NCBI GenBank assembly: GCA_008690995.1
Contig: VRMN01000008.1
Span: forward strand, 62,001 to 126,000
Source: Porphyridium purpureum
Taxonomy: Eukaryota
Direction of reading: 5' to 3'
DNA: 64,000 bases
Every line of letters begins with the position of its first letter. Positions within the stretch are counted from its first letter, which is position 1. The position numbers and the translations under genes were made by a program. Under the pieces are notes generated by a model. It did not search any database and had not been told where the DNA came from. It saw only the letters and a program-made list of their open reading frames with translations. Of the stretch, positions 45,583 to 56,900 are shown piece after piece.

Positions 45583-46198
45583 CTTGCCTGAACTGGTCGA
45601 TGGCGTGACGCGCACCTTTATTGCAGCTGTCCGGAGGTCTTGCTCGGACGGCGTCACGCATTCTCTGTCGACAAACGCCAGACTCCGCCTCCGTCCAATA
45701 AGAGCCTGAGTGAGAAATTTCCTTCGAATTCAAGTCAAACCGAACCCTTGAACAAAGTCCATGCGCCAAGATGAACAAGTCAGGCGTCAACAAACGTGCG
45801 GCATCGTTTTCTCCCTTGAACATTTTTCATGAGTCGTAGATACGCAAATTAGAAAATATAAACCACCCATTTGTAGAATGGCACTCCGATCCAAGACATA
45901 GAATACAAACACATACAGCTCCTGTGGACATTTCAATCCTTCAGTACCCACGCCCATCCACGTCGCGGCCTCCGGCGCCCTTTTCCGATGTTCCGCTGCA
46001 CGCTGCAGCTGATGCCTCCTCCCTGGCACCTGAGGTCAACTGTCGACATCGCAAACGCCATCAGAAAAATCACAGAATACACGCGCTTTGTGATTCTTGA
46101 AACGCTCCCGCTGCATATTCTTCGGTGTTTGTCTTTCAGCCTTTTGATCAGTTTGATGTTGCGCGCGGAGGAGCAAGCAGGGGAGTCAGCGGAGTCAG

Positions 46199-46200
<2 letters not shown>

Positions 46201-46231
<31 letters not shown>
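46201..46231 (+). repeat. (GA)15 microsatellite in the leader of the coiled-coil gene
   Basis: Read directly from the sequence. Confidence 0.95.
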
Positions 46232-46237
<6 letters not shown>

Positions 46238-46314
46238 CCTGTTGGGTGGTGGTGGTGTGGGGATATGAAGAAGCGTACAGGAACGGGGTTGTGTGTCTGA
46301 CGGGCAGAAGCACG

Positions 46315-49035
46315 ATGAACAAGGACTCGCGCACGGCGTCCAGCGCGTCGAGCGCGAGGCTCGGAAAGGAGCTCGCCGATCTTCGCCACCCGCAACAGCA
46401 ACAGCAGCAACAGCAGCAGCAAGCACAGCTGGCCAGTCACGCAATCGCGAACGGCCGTGGGGCACTAGGGGGAAAGTCAAGTGAGGATGAGTTTGTGGAT
46501 GTCTTTAGCCGTGACGTCTCGACAAGTAGCAACTGGAGTAACGTTTCTGCAGCTACAGCACGAAAGAAACACAAGCCGCCCAATCTTCAGCTCAAGGCGT
46601 TTGAGCGCTCTGACTCGGATTTGGCCTCTGGTCATCGAGACCATCTTATCGACGTGCACTCTAAATCGCGCACAGACGCAGCGGGAGTGCTCGGAAACAT
46701 TCCGCGACAGGCCGCCGTGATGGTGCTGTCGCCCAAACTGGGACAGAAGAACTCCAAGCACACGTTCGCAAGCGGCACTTCAGCACATGGCAAGGTCTCA
46801 CCGCCTCCACGCAATTGGAATCAGGTGGTTGGTGCGCGCACTGTTCAGCCAGAATCGTATGTTCCGTTCGATCCTGACAAGCAGGAGCCGCCGCCTCATT
46901 CGGAACCGTCGCGCGACCAGGAACAAAGTGTTCTTTTCAAATCTCTTGCAAGCTCACGACTGGCGAGCGGAACTGGCGATGCTGACAGAAGCGAAAGTCA
47001 AAGCCACACAGTCAGAGTAGCTGACAGCAGTGCAGGCGGTAGCCGCGCGATGTCGCGGCGCCTGACCTCGTCCTCGGGAGGGGAAGGGAAAAAGATCGTC
47101 AGCCGAACCACCTCGCGTGCCACTGTGGGGTTGCAAGAACGGTGTGTAGAACGCCGGAAAAAGAGGCAGGATGCTGCCATCTTTTTGCGCAAAAGTCAAA
47201 AGTCGTACTCACAGGATGATTCAATGTTGATGTCTGTGTCGACTGCACTCAACGGCCGCACACTCGAGTCCAAGCTAGACAACCTGGATGTGTGGGGTGA
47301 GGAAGACGAGGATGTGGCCGACCTTGATCAGAACTTTGGGGCTCCTCGCGTGTTGTTTCAAGGTGGGGCTCTCTCTTGTCTCGGCACCGTGTCAGCGACA
47401 AAGATGAACGGAATCGTTGCAGGCAGCGGCGGGCTCGGTGAAAAGGGCCTGGACTTTGCGCGCCAGTATCTTGCAGAACTGGCCGCGCACGAATCGACGA
47501 AGCAGAAGTACGAGCGTACCACCAAAAATTTAGAAACGACTGTGGCCCGAATCCATCACCTGAACCAAGAGTACAAGGCCGCCGAGAAGGAGTTTGCACA
47601 GAAATTATCGGCTGTTGAGGACGAATTGTATCAGGCTGTAAATGAGAATCTGCAGCTGATGTCTGCGCACGCTGAGGAACTGCAAGGCCGTGTGCTGCAG
47701 CACGCAGAACTGTGTTCGGAAATTGTCGACCACAAGAATGCTCGCGAGGAGTCCGCTGCGAAACTGCGAAACCTGATGGAAACCCTTCTGGCCAGTCCTG
47801 AGCTTGCCGAGCAGCCAGACGTTTTGCAAGAGCTCCTGTGCGCATTGCTCCCCGCAAGGCCCGACGAGGACTGCTTGAGCCCAAGTGCGGATGGCGCTTC
47901 AGGTTCAAAATTAATTAACCAGGCCGCGAGTAGTGGCAGAAAAACGAAAGATGTCAAAGACGAGGACCTCGGGTTGTCTATGTCATCTTCCGAGCAGCCT
48001 CCCACAGCTGTGAAAACGGTGCGAGAGAAGCTACTGGAAGCCGACTTGGAACAATCCATGAAATGTGTTCGAAATCTGAGCGAGAGACTGACTCTGCTCG
48101 AATCGGACATGAAAGTAGCTTTCCGCCACCTTCAGGAAGTTCACGATCTTGAAAAGTCACAGCTGACCAAACAGCTGCGAGAAGCCATTAAGAATAAGTT
48201 TCGCGAGGAAGATGAGGAAGGCCCTCCCTTCCTTCGTCGTGAATCTCCGCTGGACGCTCTCGACCTCTCACAACTGCCGGACACGGCGGCTTCATTTGGT
48301 GAGCAATCCGTGAATGGGTCTGCGCGCAGCCGCGATAGCAGAAACTACGGGGGCGTGGGTGGGAGTATTCGTTCGCACGCAAGTTCAGAGTGGCTCGAGG
48401 ATACGATGGGCGGTACCGACAATTCCGTGTATAAGATGACGGTAGAAGCACAGCTGGAGCGCGCGCTAGATCGCGAAGAGGAGCTGGAGCGAGACTTGCT
48501 GCTTCTGGAGGTTGAGAACGAGGAGCTTCGGCGCAAGCTGAAATCACGCACGGATGAGCCAGAGAAAATTTTGACCGAGCTTGTGGCTTGCAAGGTCAAG
48601 CTGGCGCTTTCGGAAGAGGAAAATGTGGCCCTGCGGAATGACATTCAAAAGGTGCTTCGGGAAGCGAAGACCGTGAGCAAGCACGCCGGAAGGGACGCCT
48701 GGTTTGCGCGTCTTCGCGCGCCGGTACTCGTGACGCCAGGCCGAGAGAACAAGCCGAGCGGACTAGCGCGTGGAGAGAGCAATGCACAGAGCGACGTGCC
48801 ATTCAGTTCACGCAAGTCGGTCAAGGCGCCTTTGTTGTCCGGAGCCGGGATCACCGCAATGCTATTTGGGCACGACTCGGACTCCAACTCGGAAGACGAT
48901 GCCATAAATGGTCCCCATTCCGCGGACTGCTATGAGACTGAACCAAGCTCAAGAGCGTTCCAGCATTTTCGAAGCGAATCTTCGGTTGTTGAAGCTGCAC
49001 TTGGCAAGTCGAGCAGAGCGGGAATCCATGTATAA
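46315..49035 (+). CDS. Hypothetical long coiled-coil protein with polyQ and disordered N-terminus
   Basis: About 900-aa ORF with heptad-rich E/K/L segments. ATG at 46315; the upstream ORF extension runs through the (GA)n repeat and is probably UTR. Confidence 0.8.
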   Translation: MNKDSRTASSASSARLGKELADLRHPQQQQQQQQQQAQLASHAIANGRGALGGKSSEDEFVDVFSRDVSTSSNWSNVSAATARKKHKPPNLQLKAFERSDSDLASGHRDHLIDVHSKSRTDAAGVLGNIPRQAAVMVLSPKLGQKNSKHTFASGTSAHGKVSPPPRNWNQVVGARTVQPESYVPFDPDKQEPPPHSEPSRDQEQSVLFKSLASSRLASGTGDADRSESQSHTVRVADSSAGGSRAMSRRLTSSSGGEGKKIVSRTTSRATVGLQERCVERRKKRQDAAIFLRKSQKSYSQDDSMLMSVSTALNGRTLESKLDNLDVWGEEDEDVADLDQNFGAPRVLFQGGALSCLGTVSATKMNGIVAGSGGLGEKGLDFARQYLAELAAHESTKQKYERTTKNLETTVARIHHLNQEYKAAEKEFAQKLSAVEDELYQAVNENLQLMSAHAEELQGRVLQHAELCSEIVDHKNAREESAAKLRNLMETLLASPELAEQPDVLQELLCALLPARPDEDCLSPSADGASGSKLINQAASSGRKTKDVKDEDLGLSMSSSEQPPTAVKTVREKLLEADLEQSMKCVRNLSERLTLLESDMKVAFRHLQEVHDLEKSQLTKQLREAIKNKFREEDEEGPPFLRRESPLDALDLSQLPDTAASFGEQSVNGSARSRDSRNYGGVGGSIRSHASSEWLEDTMGGTDNSVYKMTVEAQLERALDREEELERDLLLLEVENEELRRKLKSRTDEPEKILTELVACKVKLALSEEENVALRNDIQKVLREAKTVSKHAGRDAWFARLRAPVLVTPGRENKPSGLARGESNAQSDVPFSSRKSVKAPLLSGAGITAMLFGHDSDSNSEDDAINGPHSADCYETEPSSRAFQHFRSESSVVEAALGKSSRAGIHV

Positions 49036-49049
49036 ATATCTATGTTTAT

Positions 49050-50024
49050 CTATTCCACGACATCCAGCAAAGGTGCGGGCGACCGAGAGACAGTGAGATG
49101 CAGCTTCTTGACAAACTCGTATCCCATAAATAGTGACGCATGAACTGGAAACGCACGCAGCAACGTGACCCCAAGTCCACGCACGAGGAACTGCGGCCCT
49201 TCGCGGTCCAGGCTTGACACAAGGCAGTGCCATGTCGAGCGGTACTTCTTCCCCTCCACGTCCATTTGCATGCGTGTTTTGAGAACGTCGCTTCCGTATG
49301 TTGAACACCAGCCGATAACACCGGCTAGCCCACCTGCTATAAAAGCGCTCGTCGGCTCACCCATAGAGGGAGTGAGCGCGCGCTTGACCGTTTCATACGA
49401 GCAAAAGTAAACGCCATATCCTGGACCGTCCCGTACTGCAATGCAGGTGAAGCCACGATAGAGTGCCACGACGCCGCGCTCGCCCACGAGGCGTCTCGCA
49501 CACGCCCACGTTGACACACGTGACGAATCACGGCTGTTGAAGCGATTCGGGCGTTCATCCTGCATGACAAGCTTGACACACTCAAACGGGCACGCCACCA
49601 GTGCCTGCGCAAGTCCGCTGAGAGTGCCTGCCACGAAAAAGCGCAGTCCTGACGTCCAGTAGTCCGCGTGAGACTCACCAGCAGAAGGAAGGACCGAGAG
49701 CGCGTACCCGTAGCACGCGAAATTGCACGCCGTGATCAATGGCGTGGCCGCCAGCGGTGAGGCCACGCCCACAAACAATGCCTTGAGCTGTGCCCAGCTG
49801 TATGCGCGACTCGCGCTTGACAAGTGACGACGGACCAGCAAGCCCACGAGCTTTTGCCGCGGCAACATGTCTGCGCCGCGGTTTTGCATCCGCACACGAA
49901 TGGTATCGAGCGGCTGCCCGACCACCTGTGACACGGCTCCTCCAAAACATCCCGCGACAAACTCCACGACCGGCGTTGCCGCCTCGGCCACCACCGCACC
50001 GCACTCTACCCCACTACATTCCAT
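49050..50024 (-). CDS. Mitochondrial carrier (carnitine/acylcarnitine or basic amino acid carrier-like, SLC25A29/45-type)
   Basis: GQPLDTIRVRMQ, CPFECVKLVMQ, DVLKTRMQ, RDGPGYGVYF, RAFPVHA..F..YE. Confidence 0.9.
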   Translation of the reverse strand: MECSGVECGAVVAEAATPVVEFVAGCFGGAVSQVVGQPLDTIRVRMQNRGADMLPRQKLVGLLVRRHLSSASRAYSWAQLKALFVGVASPLAATPLITACNFACYGYALSVLPSAGESHADYWTSGLRFFVAGTLSGLAQALVACPFECVKLVMQDERPNRFNSRDSSRVSTWACARRLVGERGVVALYRGFTCIAVRDGPGYGVYFCSYETVKRALTPSMGEPTSAFIAGGLAGVIGWCSTYGSDVLKTRMQMDVEGKKYRSTWHCLVSSLDREGPQFLVRGLGVTLLRAFPVHASLFMGYEFVKKLHLTVSRSPAPLLDVVE

Positions 50025-51223
50025 TCCATTCCATCTCAAGACACACTCCCCCTTCACATCTCCGCCTCAACCCGGACAACCAAACGTTCTCGCGCTTAAC
50101 GGTTTCTCGTACTTTATCCCATTAAACCGTTTGCGCCGTTTGCGCCGTTTGATCACGAACTGCACCGCGGTGGGGGTACAGTGCACGCAAACAGGCCACA
50201 GTACCCTGGTCTGAGAATTTCAGTTCGCCATCCGCGTTTGTCGCTGAGGCGGGCGGAGCAGGCCGGGGGCAGACGAGTTGGGTGCCGCTGTGAGCGCGTT
50301 GCAGACATCAAGTGGACTGGTATCCTGCGCAAACGCCCGTTCAGGACGAGCAGCTGCTGCTGAAATGCAGAGAGTAAGGCGACACGATGGATGGCATCTC
50401 CACGGGAACTGCGACTGACCAGCGCGCGACAGGAGACGGCCGTTGTCGGCTATTGCGCCAGGAATCAGGGTGAACAAGCCGCCCGTCCGTGTCTCTTTCT
50501 GCAGCCCGCGCACGACGCTCAAGCTTGCCGCGGAGTATACTTTTGTCCAGTGCAGCCGTAGCCGTCGGTACGTAGTGAGCGCCAGTGAGAAAAGTCAAAC
50601 CGTTTCCTACCGACCACGGCAGTATGCGCAGCTGGCAGAACAGGAGGAACAAATGAATGTCATAACGACTTCTGTGCGAGCAATCGTACAGCGTACCATT
50701 CTTGCGCGCGGCGGCACCGACGATGTGTGAGCGCGTGGTGTTGTGATGGAGGATGAGATGGAGAGTCTCTTGTCACTCTGATCGTCGTGGTGAGTTGTTG
50801 GTGTCGGCTGGATAGTTACCAGTAAATCCTTTGGGATCGTATTCGTGTCAGAGGTAACACGAAGCAGCCGCAGCGGCAATTGCCACCGCCGTTGCGGCAG
50901 CAATGACACACATCTGGTGGAAGCAACACCACGAATGGACCACGAGACCGCAACGCACGCAACGTGAAGTTAAAGAGCGTTCGTATGAATAAAGCGGGGC
51001 CGTTTTGATAGGAAGTGCGCGGGCGTGCCTGCGCAGCGCGGTGCCGCGTGCCGCGGGCGGCATAGAAGGAGCGACGTGAGCCGGCGCGGACGGGAGACGG
51101 GTGGAGGATACAAGAAGGTGGGGCAACCGGGTTGTGGAGAGGGAGAGTCTCGGCAAGCGGGGAGGAGACGGCGGCGGTCGTGCGAGGACAGGAACGTCTG
51201 TGTGTGTTTGGGCTTGGGATACA

Positions 51224-52201
51224 ATGACGGGAGTCGGGAATGTGGGGATGACGGACGGGACGGCGTTCGCAGAGACGGCGTCCGCGGTGTACGGGAATGG
51301 AGTGATGGCCGGAGACGTGAAGGGCACGTGGGCCGTGAAGGTGGGGCTGGCGCAGATGTTAAAGGGAGGGGTCATCATGGATGTGGTGACGCCCGAGCAG
51401 GCGCGTCTCGCCGAGCAGGCGGGAGCGTGCGCGGTCATGGCACTGGAGCGGATTCCGGCCGATATTCGTAAGAATGGCGAGGTGGCCAGGATGTCCGACC
51501 CGCAGATGATCAGGGAAATTAAGGCGGCCGTGTCCATTCCCGTCATGGCAAAGGCGCGCATCGGACACTTTGTGGAGGCGCAAATTCTCGAGGCCATCGG
51601 AGTCGACTACATTGACGAGAGCGAGGTACTCACACCTGCGGACGACCAGCATCACATCAACAAGCACGTATACAGCGTCCCGTTTGTGTGTGGCTGCCGC
51701 AACCTGGGCGAGGCACTGCGTCGCATTCAGGAGGGCGCCGCTTTTATCCGTACCAAGGGTGAGGCGGGAACGGGTAATGTTGTCGAGGCCGTGAGGCACG
51801 CGCGCGAGGTGAACGGCGCCATCCGCAGGCTCAAGACAATGGATGACGACGAGCTCTTCACTTACGCGAAAGAACTGGGCGCGCCGTACGCGCTTGTCAA
51901 GAGGACGCAGGAACTTGGCCGCTTGCCCGTCGTGCAGTTTGCCGCGGGCGGGGTCGCAACGCCCGCCGACGCCGCGCTCATGATGCAGCTGGGTATGGAC
52001 GGCGTGTTTGTGGGCTCGGGTATCTTCAAGAGCTCCGAGCCGCAGCGACGCGCCGAAGCTATTGTCAAGGCCGTCTCCAACTACAACAACGCCAAGATTC
52101 TCGCAGAGGTGTCCACAAACATCGGAGAGGCCATGGTCGGTATCGAGATGGACGCGCTGGTGCAGAAGTGGGCCGCGGACAGCAGACACGCAGCCAACTA
52201 A
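51224..52201 (+). CDS. PDX1: Pyridoxal 5'-phosphate synthase subunit PDX1/SNZ
   Basis: [82 protein letters not shown]. Confidence 0.98.
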   Translation: MTGVGNVGMTDGTAFAETASAVYGNGVMAGDVKGTWAVKVGLAQMLKGGVIMDVVTPEQARLAEQAGACAVMALERIPADIRKNGEVARMSDPQMIREIKAAVSIPVMAKARIGHFVEAQILEAIGVDYIDESEVLTPADDQHHINKHVYSVPFVCGCRNLGEALRRIQEGAAFIRTKGEAGTGNVVEAVRHAREVNGAIRRLKTMDDDELFTYAKELGAPYALVKRTQELGRLPVVQFAAGGVATPADAALMMQLGMDGVFVGSGIFKSSEPQRRAEAIVKAVSNYNNAKILAEVSTNIGEAMVGIEMDALVQKWAADSRHAAN

Positions 52202-53903
52202 AGCATCGGCCCGTCTTCCATTCTCTATGTTGTTGAACGGACCGTCTTGGTCTAAATGTGCGGACAGGATTCTCAGGCGCTACCGCTGCAGCCTTTTGTT
52301 AAGTACGTGGATAGAACACGAAAGAAAAAACAAAGCTCGCGTACGATAGGCCCTCCCTGTCCTTTTGCAAAAACCCTCGTGCCGAAAATTGAACGAAAGC
52401 TGCCATGTACCCAAACAAGAAGGCGTATGTTGACTGCTCAGAGCCACTTCAGGCGACCCCGAGTTTTTCCAGGGGAGCCCAGGACAACATGGGTTCGTGA
52501 TGGCATCGTGAGTGATGTGCTGTGAAGCGGGTCTCAAGCTGCAGCGATGGCGCTTGTGCCTGGCAGACACGGTCTCGCCAGAAAGAGCGCAGTGCGGGAG
52601 CGTGAAGAGGGCGCGGCACGGGTTCGGAGCAAAAGAAATTACAGTGGAGCAAGCATGTTGTAGCCGATTTCATGATGAATGATAGTACGCGGCCTCGGGG
52701 TGTTCGTGCAAAAGAGGGATGCACCGCGCGTGCCGGATATGATAAAGATGGCGCATCGACTGATTCGTGCCATGCAGGTGCTGACAGCGACCCTTTGGCG
52801 AGGTCGACGTCGATCCCCGTGATTCGGACCTTCTCGGTCCCGTGAACGTCACTTATATCGACGAGGAGACTGTTTGCTTTTATGACGGCGAAGCCTCGCA
52901 ACGCATTTGCAAAAGGATGTCCTGGCGCGTTTTACTGAAGTGCCTGTCAGTGTGGTCAACTCCAAAGTGATCCAAAATCTTGCAAATGTGCGCCGTCTTA
53001 GAAGGGATACTCTGCGGGCGATAATCTTGGGTGTCAGAGCATCAAGCACTTCGAACGAGCTACCGTACGAAATATCGCGAGTCATTGTGCGAGAAAACAC
53101 AGCTAATCGACGAAATGTACGGTTCATTCACAGCCAAAGAGAACGTTACATGGCGCGAATCGACCTTTCAAGCGCGCACACATGGAAACACGCACGGAGC
53201 ACGATGCCTTGCAATAGTGACTACGCTCACGTCCGCCTCCTTTGCAGTTGTGCTTCTGCCTAGTCCCAGAACAATGAGTCACACACAAGCGGCCAGTGTG
53301 GGTTCATCACTCGTGGCGGAAAATGTGTGAAAGGATGACCGTGCGCAAATTGTTTCCAGAAAAAGATCTAGCGCAGAACGGATACTCTGTGGACCCAGCC
53401 AACGCACATAAGGAAGGAATGAGCGAGATCCACTCGCGAGAGTCCTGGTGATCATTCGTGTACAAAGTAATTACATGTTTATGTGCGCCTTTCTCAAACG
53501 TATGCAACGCTGACTTGTATCTTCGACGCCCATTACAAGAAGTCTGAAGGAATGAAGTGAGCATAAGCACACTAGAACCCTTCTCCCTTTGATGACACGA
53601 GTGGCTTCACTCGGAAATCTGCACATATATTCTTTTCCAAGGAATTTTTCAACGAGCAGGATAGTGTTCTTGAATACCTGATTCTGACCCCCACGCCCGA
53701 AGGGCATGCCGACCACAACTGGGCGCAGATCTGCTCTTTTCGACCTCTTTGACAACGTCTGCATGCAATGCCATTCACTCGATCCTATCAAAAGGGCAGC
53801 TGCAACGTAGTTTGGTTACCTACGCCACACCTTTGAGCATGAGTTCCACGGCACTGAACACCATGACCAAAAACGTCCCCGAAAATGACATCTGACGTCC
53901 GAC

Positions 53904-56900
53904 TTACCAGCGACGTCTCTTGCGAGAAATCAACGATGCCGAAAGCTGATTCTCTTTTTCTTCATCCCGTTCATCCCCACGTTCATCCTGTTTGCCGGAA
54001 AGCGAGGCAGCCATGGGCGTCTGCTCAATTGACTGCATCAGCTCCGACGAGAAGGACAGCGCAAGTTCACTAGAGTGCTCCCGCTGAAGAATTTGAGCAG
54101 TGCTGTCTTCTTCCTCATCCAAAAACCCGGGCGATTCCAAGTTTAGACTGAGCTCACTGCGAGAAACAGAATCGGTGGGAATGCTCGTCAAAACACGTGG
54201 TGACAACGGTCTCGCGCCACCAGAGACGCCGGGCGCACTGTTGCGGTGCCTCTTCAACGCCACTCTACCCCGCCTCTCTCCTGTGAGCTCCTCGTGACCT
54301 TCAGAGGCACTGCTGTCCAAATCACTCCCTACATTTTGAGATTTTGGTCTGCCGCTCGTAACTTTGCGTGCCGAACGACGTTTGGCCGGTGTTGGTGGTA
54401 TACTTGGTGGAAATGCATCTTCATCTTGATCAAATTCATTGTCTACGCGACGTTTTCTGCGTCCCAGTATGGCGACCGCAGCAGTTCCACGGGCCAGTGC
54501 GTTGCGGAACGCACGCAATGGTCGTAGCACGGCGTCCTTGTCAACTTTCTCAAGAACAGCGTCCGGCAAGAGAGCCTGTATTCCTTGCCACAGGTGCTCA
54601 GCTGCTTGCTCAGACAACCTGTTCACAATCGCACAGCCCGCGACCTCAAGCATCCTGAGCCGTCGACGAAGCTCTGCCATTCTGTTGCCATCGAGCCTTC
54701 TACCATGAGAAGACCCTTCACCTGACGATGCTGACAGTGCGATTCCGTCCGCATCCGCCAGGCAAAACTTACTCAGCGCAGTGGCCAGCTGTTCCAACTC
54801 ATGGTTTGCACTAGACGATTTCCGGAAAGTCACGCTGCGAGCCACGAACGAAAGGGCCAAGTTTCTAAGAAGCGCGCCTTCCTCATCGCCATGTACGTGC
54901 ATTGAATAGAGAGCAGCAACTTGAAGCGACGCAAGATTTGATTCAGAATCCTCATTTCCATCGGTTTCCATCGCTCGTGCACGCAGATCATTGTGAAAAC
55001 TCTTGGCTATATCTGAAATCTGCTCTCCAAAGTAGTTTTTGGACACGAACATGAGTGGTGCATACATGAAGCTCATCGGCAACACCCCGCTCGAGCCCGC
55101 TCGAACAAGTAAACCGACCAAGCTCGCACGTACTACGTCGCGCGAGACCACCTTATCACCCATTGATTGCTCTTCCTCTTCCGCTTCATCATCCAGCTCG
55201 CCTTCATGCTCATCGACTGTGTCCGAGAGCATCCAGTGCACAAACTGCGAAACCATACTGGGAAGAAAGGGATGATTCTTCGCCACGCTACCAAGCTCCC
55301 GGACGTCTGTGCGATCAAAGTTACCTTCAAGCAAAGCTTGATCAATCGTAGGAAGGCGTACAAAGGCAAACGCCACAATCAACACATTTAGTGCGCACTG
55401 TATGGTGGCTGTGCACAGATCAAAATAGGCCTCCTCGTTCTGTCCGCTGTGAGAAAGCGCATCGGCTCGATCTGGCTTGCGTTCACTTTGCTGTATTAGC
55501 ACACCATGATATCCGTCGAGCAGTTTGCGTTTTTGGTCGACCAGAGCCGCAAGCGCTTCCTCGCCGCGGGTCCGACTGCTACTTGACGCACTCTCACCAC
55601 AAAGAAGACCATGCAACGCATTCATACTCCACAGGAATAGCCAGTAGCAAATACGCACGATGCTTTGTAGTGCGTCTGTCTCCTTGGCAATACTAGCAAC
55701 ATTTCGAGCAGTGGACATCGCAGGGGAAGCAGTTCCATGTGTCGTTGCTGTCGTCGTTAAAAGACGCAAAATTTCGAGCGCGTCATCGAACGACGATTCC
55801 AAGCCAGGCAAATACGCCTCGTACGCAATAATGGCCTCTGTTCTGAAAAGAATCGAGCGCGTCACTGTGACCGAGACATATTCTTCTTGCTCCTGCGCAC
55901 CAACGTGACGACGGCCGTCAATCGCGAGTGCCGCAGCCGCATCCTTTCCCAAATTGTCACAAAGTGCATGCAAGCTGCGCGAAGCCTCCTCGGCAAGTGT
56001 GGTGAGAGCGGATTGGCATTCTCGGCTCAGCACAGGAGCCTCGTGCGTCTGTGCGAGCAGGTTAAGGGAACCAACACACGCGATTATTAAAGGCTTGTGT
56101 GCTCCCAACTTGTTCACGTGCTCCACAAGAAACCGACACAGCTGGGACTGCTTCTGATCCGCTCTGCTCCGTTTCTTGCTTTTTTCGAGCTGGTCTAGCT
56201 GAATGAAATTCAAAAGTCGAAGTACCAACAAAATGCCCTGCGTTTCAGATTGAAAATGCTCAAGCAACGGCACGACCATCTCGCCTAGATATCGCGACAT
56301 GAATGCAAGTGCATCTTCGTTCTCACCCGAACTAGCCAAATCAGCACGGCCGCGAATGTACCCGCACGCAGCACCTAAAAGTGCCAGCGTGACAAGCTCT
56401 TCCTCCTTCTTCTTCCCCTCTGCAGTCGCCGCCGATGCAGAAGCTGAGGCCGCGGCTGTAGAGTGCGACTGAGACTGAGATGCAGAGGTCGACCCACCGA
56501 AGCTGCCAAACGAAGTTCTCGTCGATCGCCGCCTGGACGAGCTCGCGGCATCTTGGGACAATGCTACGGCGGAAGCGGGCGCCGAAACCGAAACTTGCTC
56601 CGCTTCTGTGTGCGTCTTGTCCTTCTTGTGTGCCCCTCCGCGACTTCTATGACCGTCCAGAAGGAGCTCACGGTAAGCACGCCAATCGAACAAAGCATCC
56701 GAATAGGCCGCAAAGGCATTCACGGCAACTTCTGCAGCCCGAGCAATCTGATCTGGCGCCTTACCACACTCCCCAATCATGGCACCCACTTCTTCAATGA
56801 GCACAGTCGCAGATGAGGAGACTTCGGATCCGGCCAAAAACAGCTCTGCAGCAGCGGAGCGAGTTGGCGCATGATCTGCGAGAAAAAAGAGCATACAGAG

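Noticed and set aside
45988..46314. 109-aa N-terminal extension of the coiled-coil ORF
   Set aside because: Runs through a (GA)15 microsatellite and reads like UTR; ATG 46315 is more plausible.
51359..52189. 276-aa minus-strand ORF
   Set aside because: Antisense shadow of the codon-biased PDX1.
53031..53791. Faint transposase-like (IDEMYGSF) and P450-like (MPFGRG) words in short ORFs
   Set aside because: Single short motifs without supporting context, terminal repeats or the heme Cys; consistent with chance.
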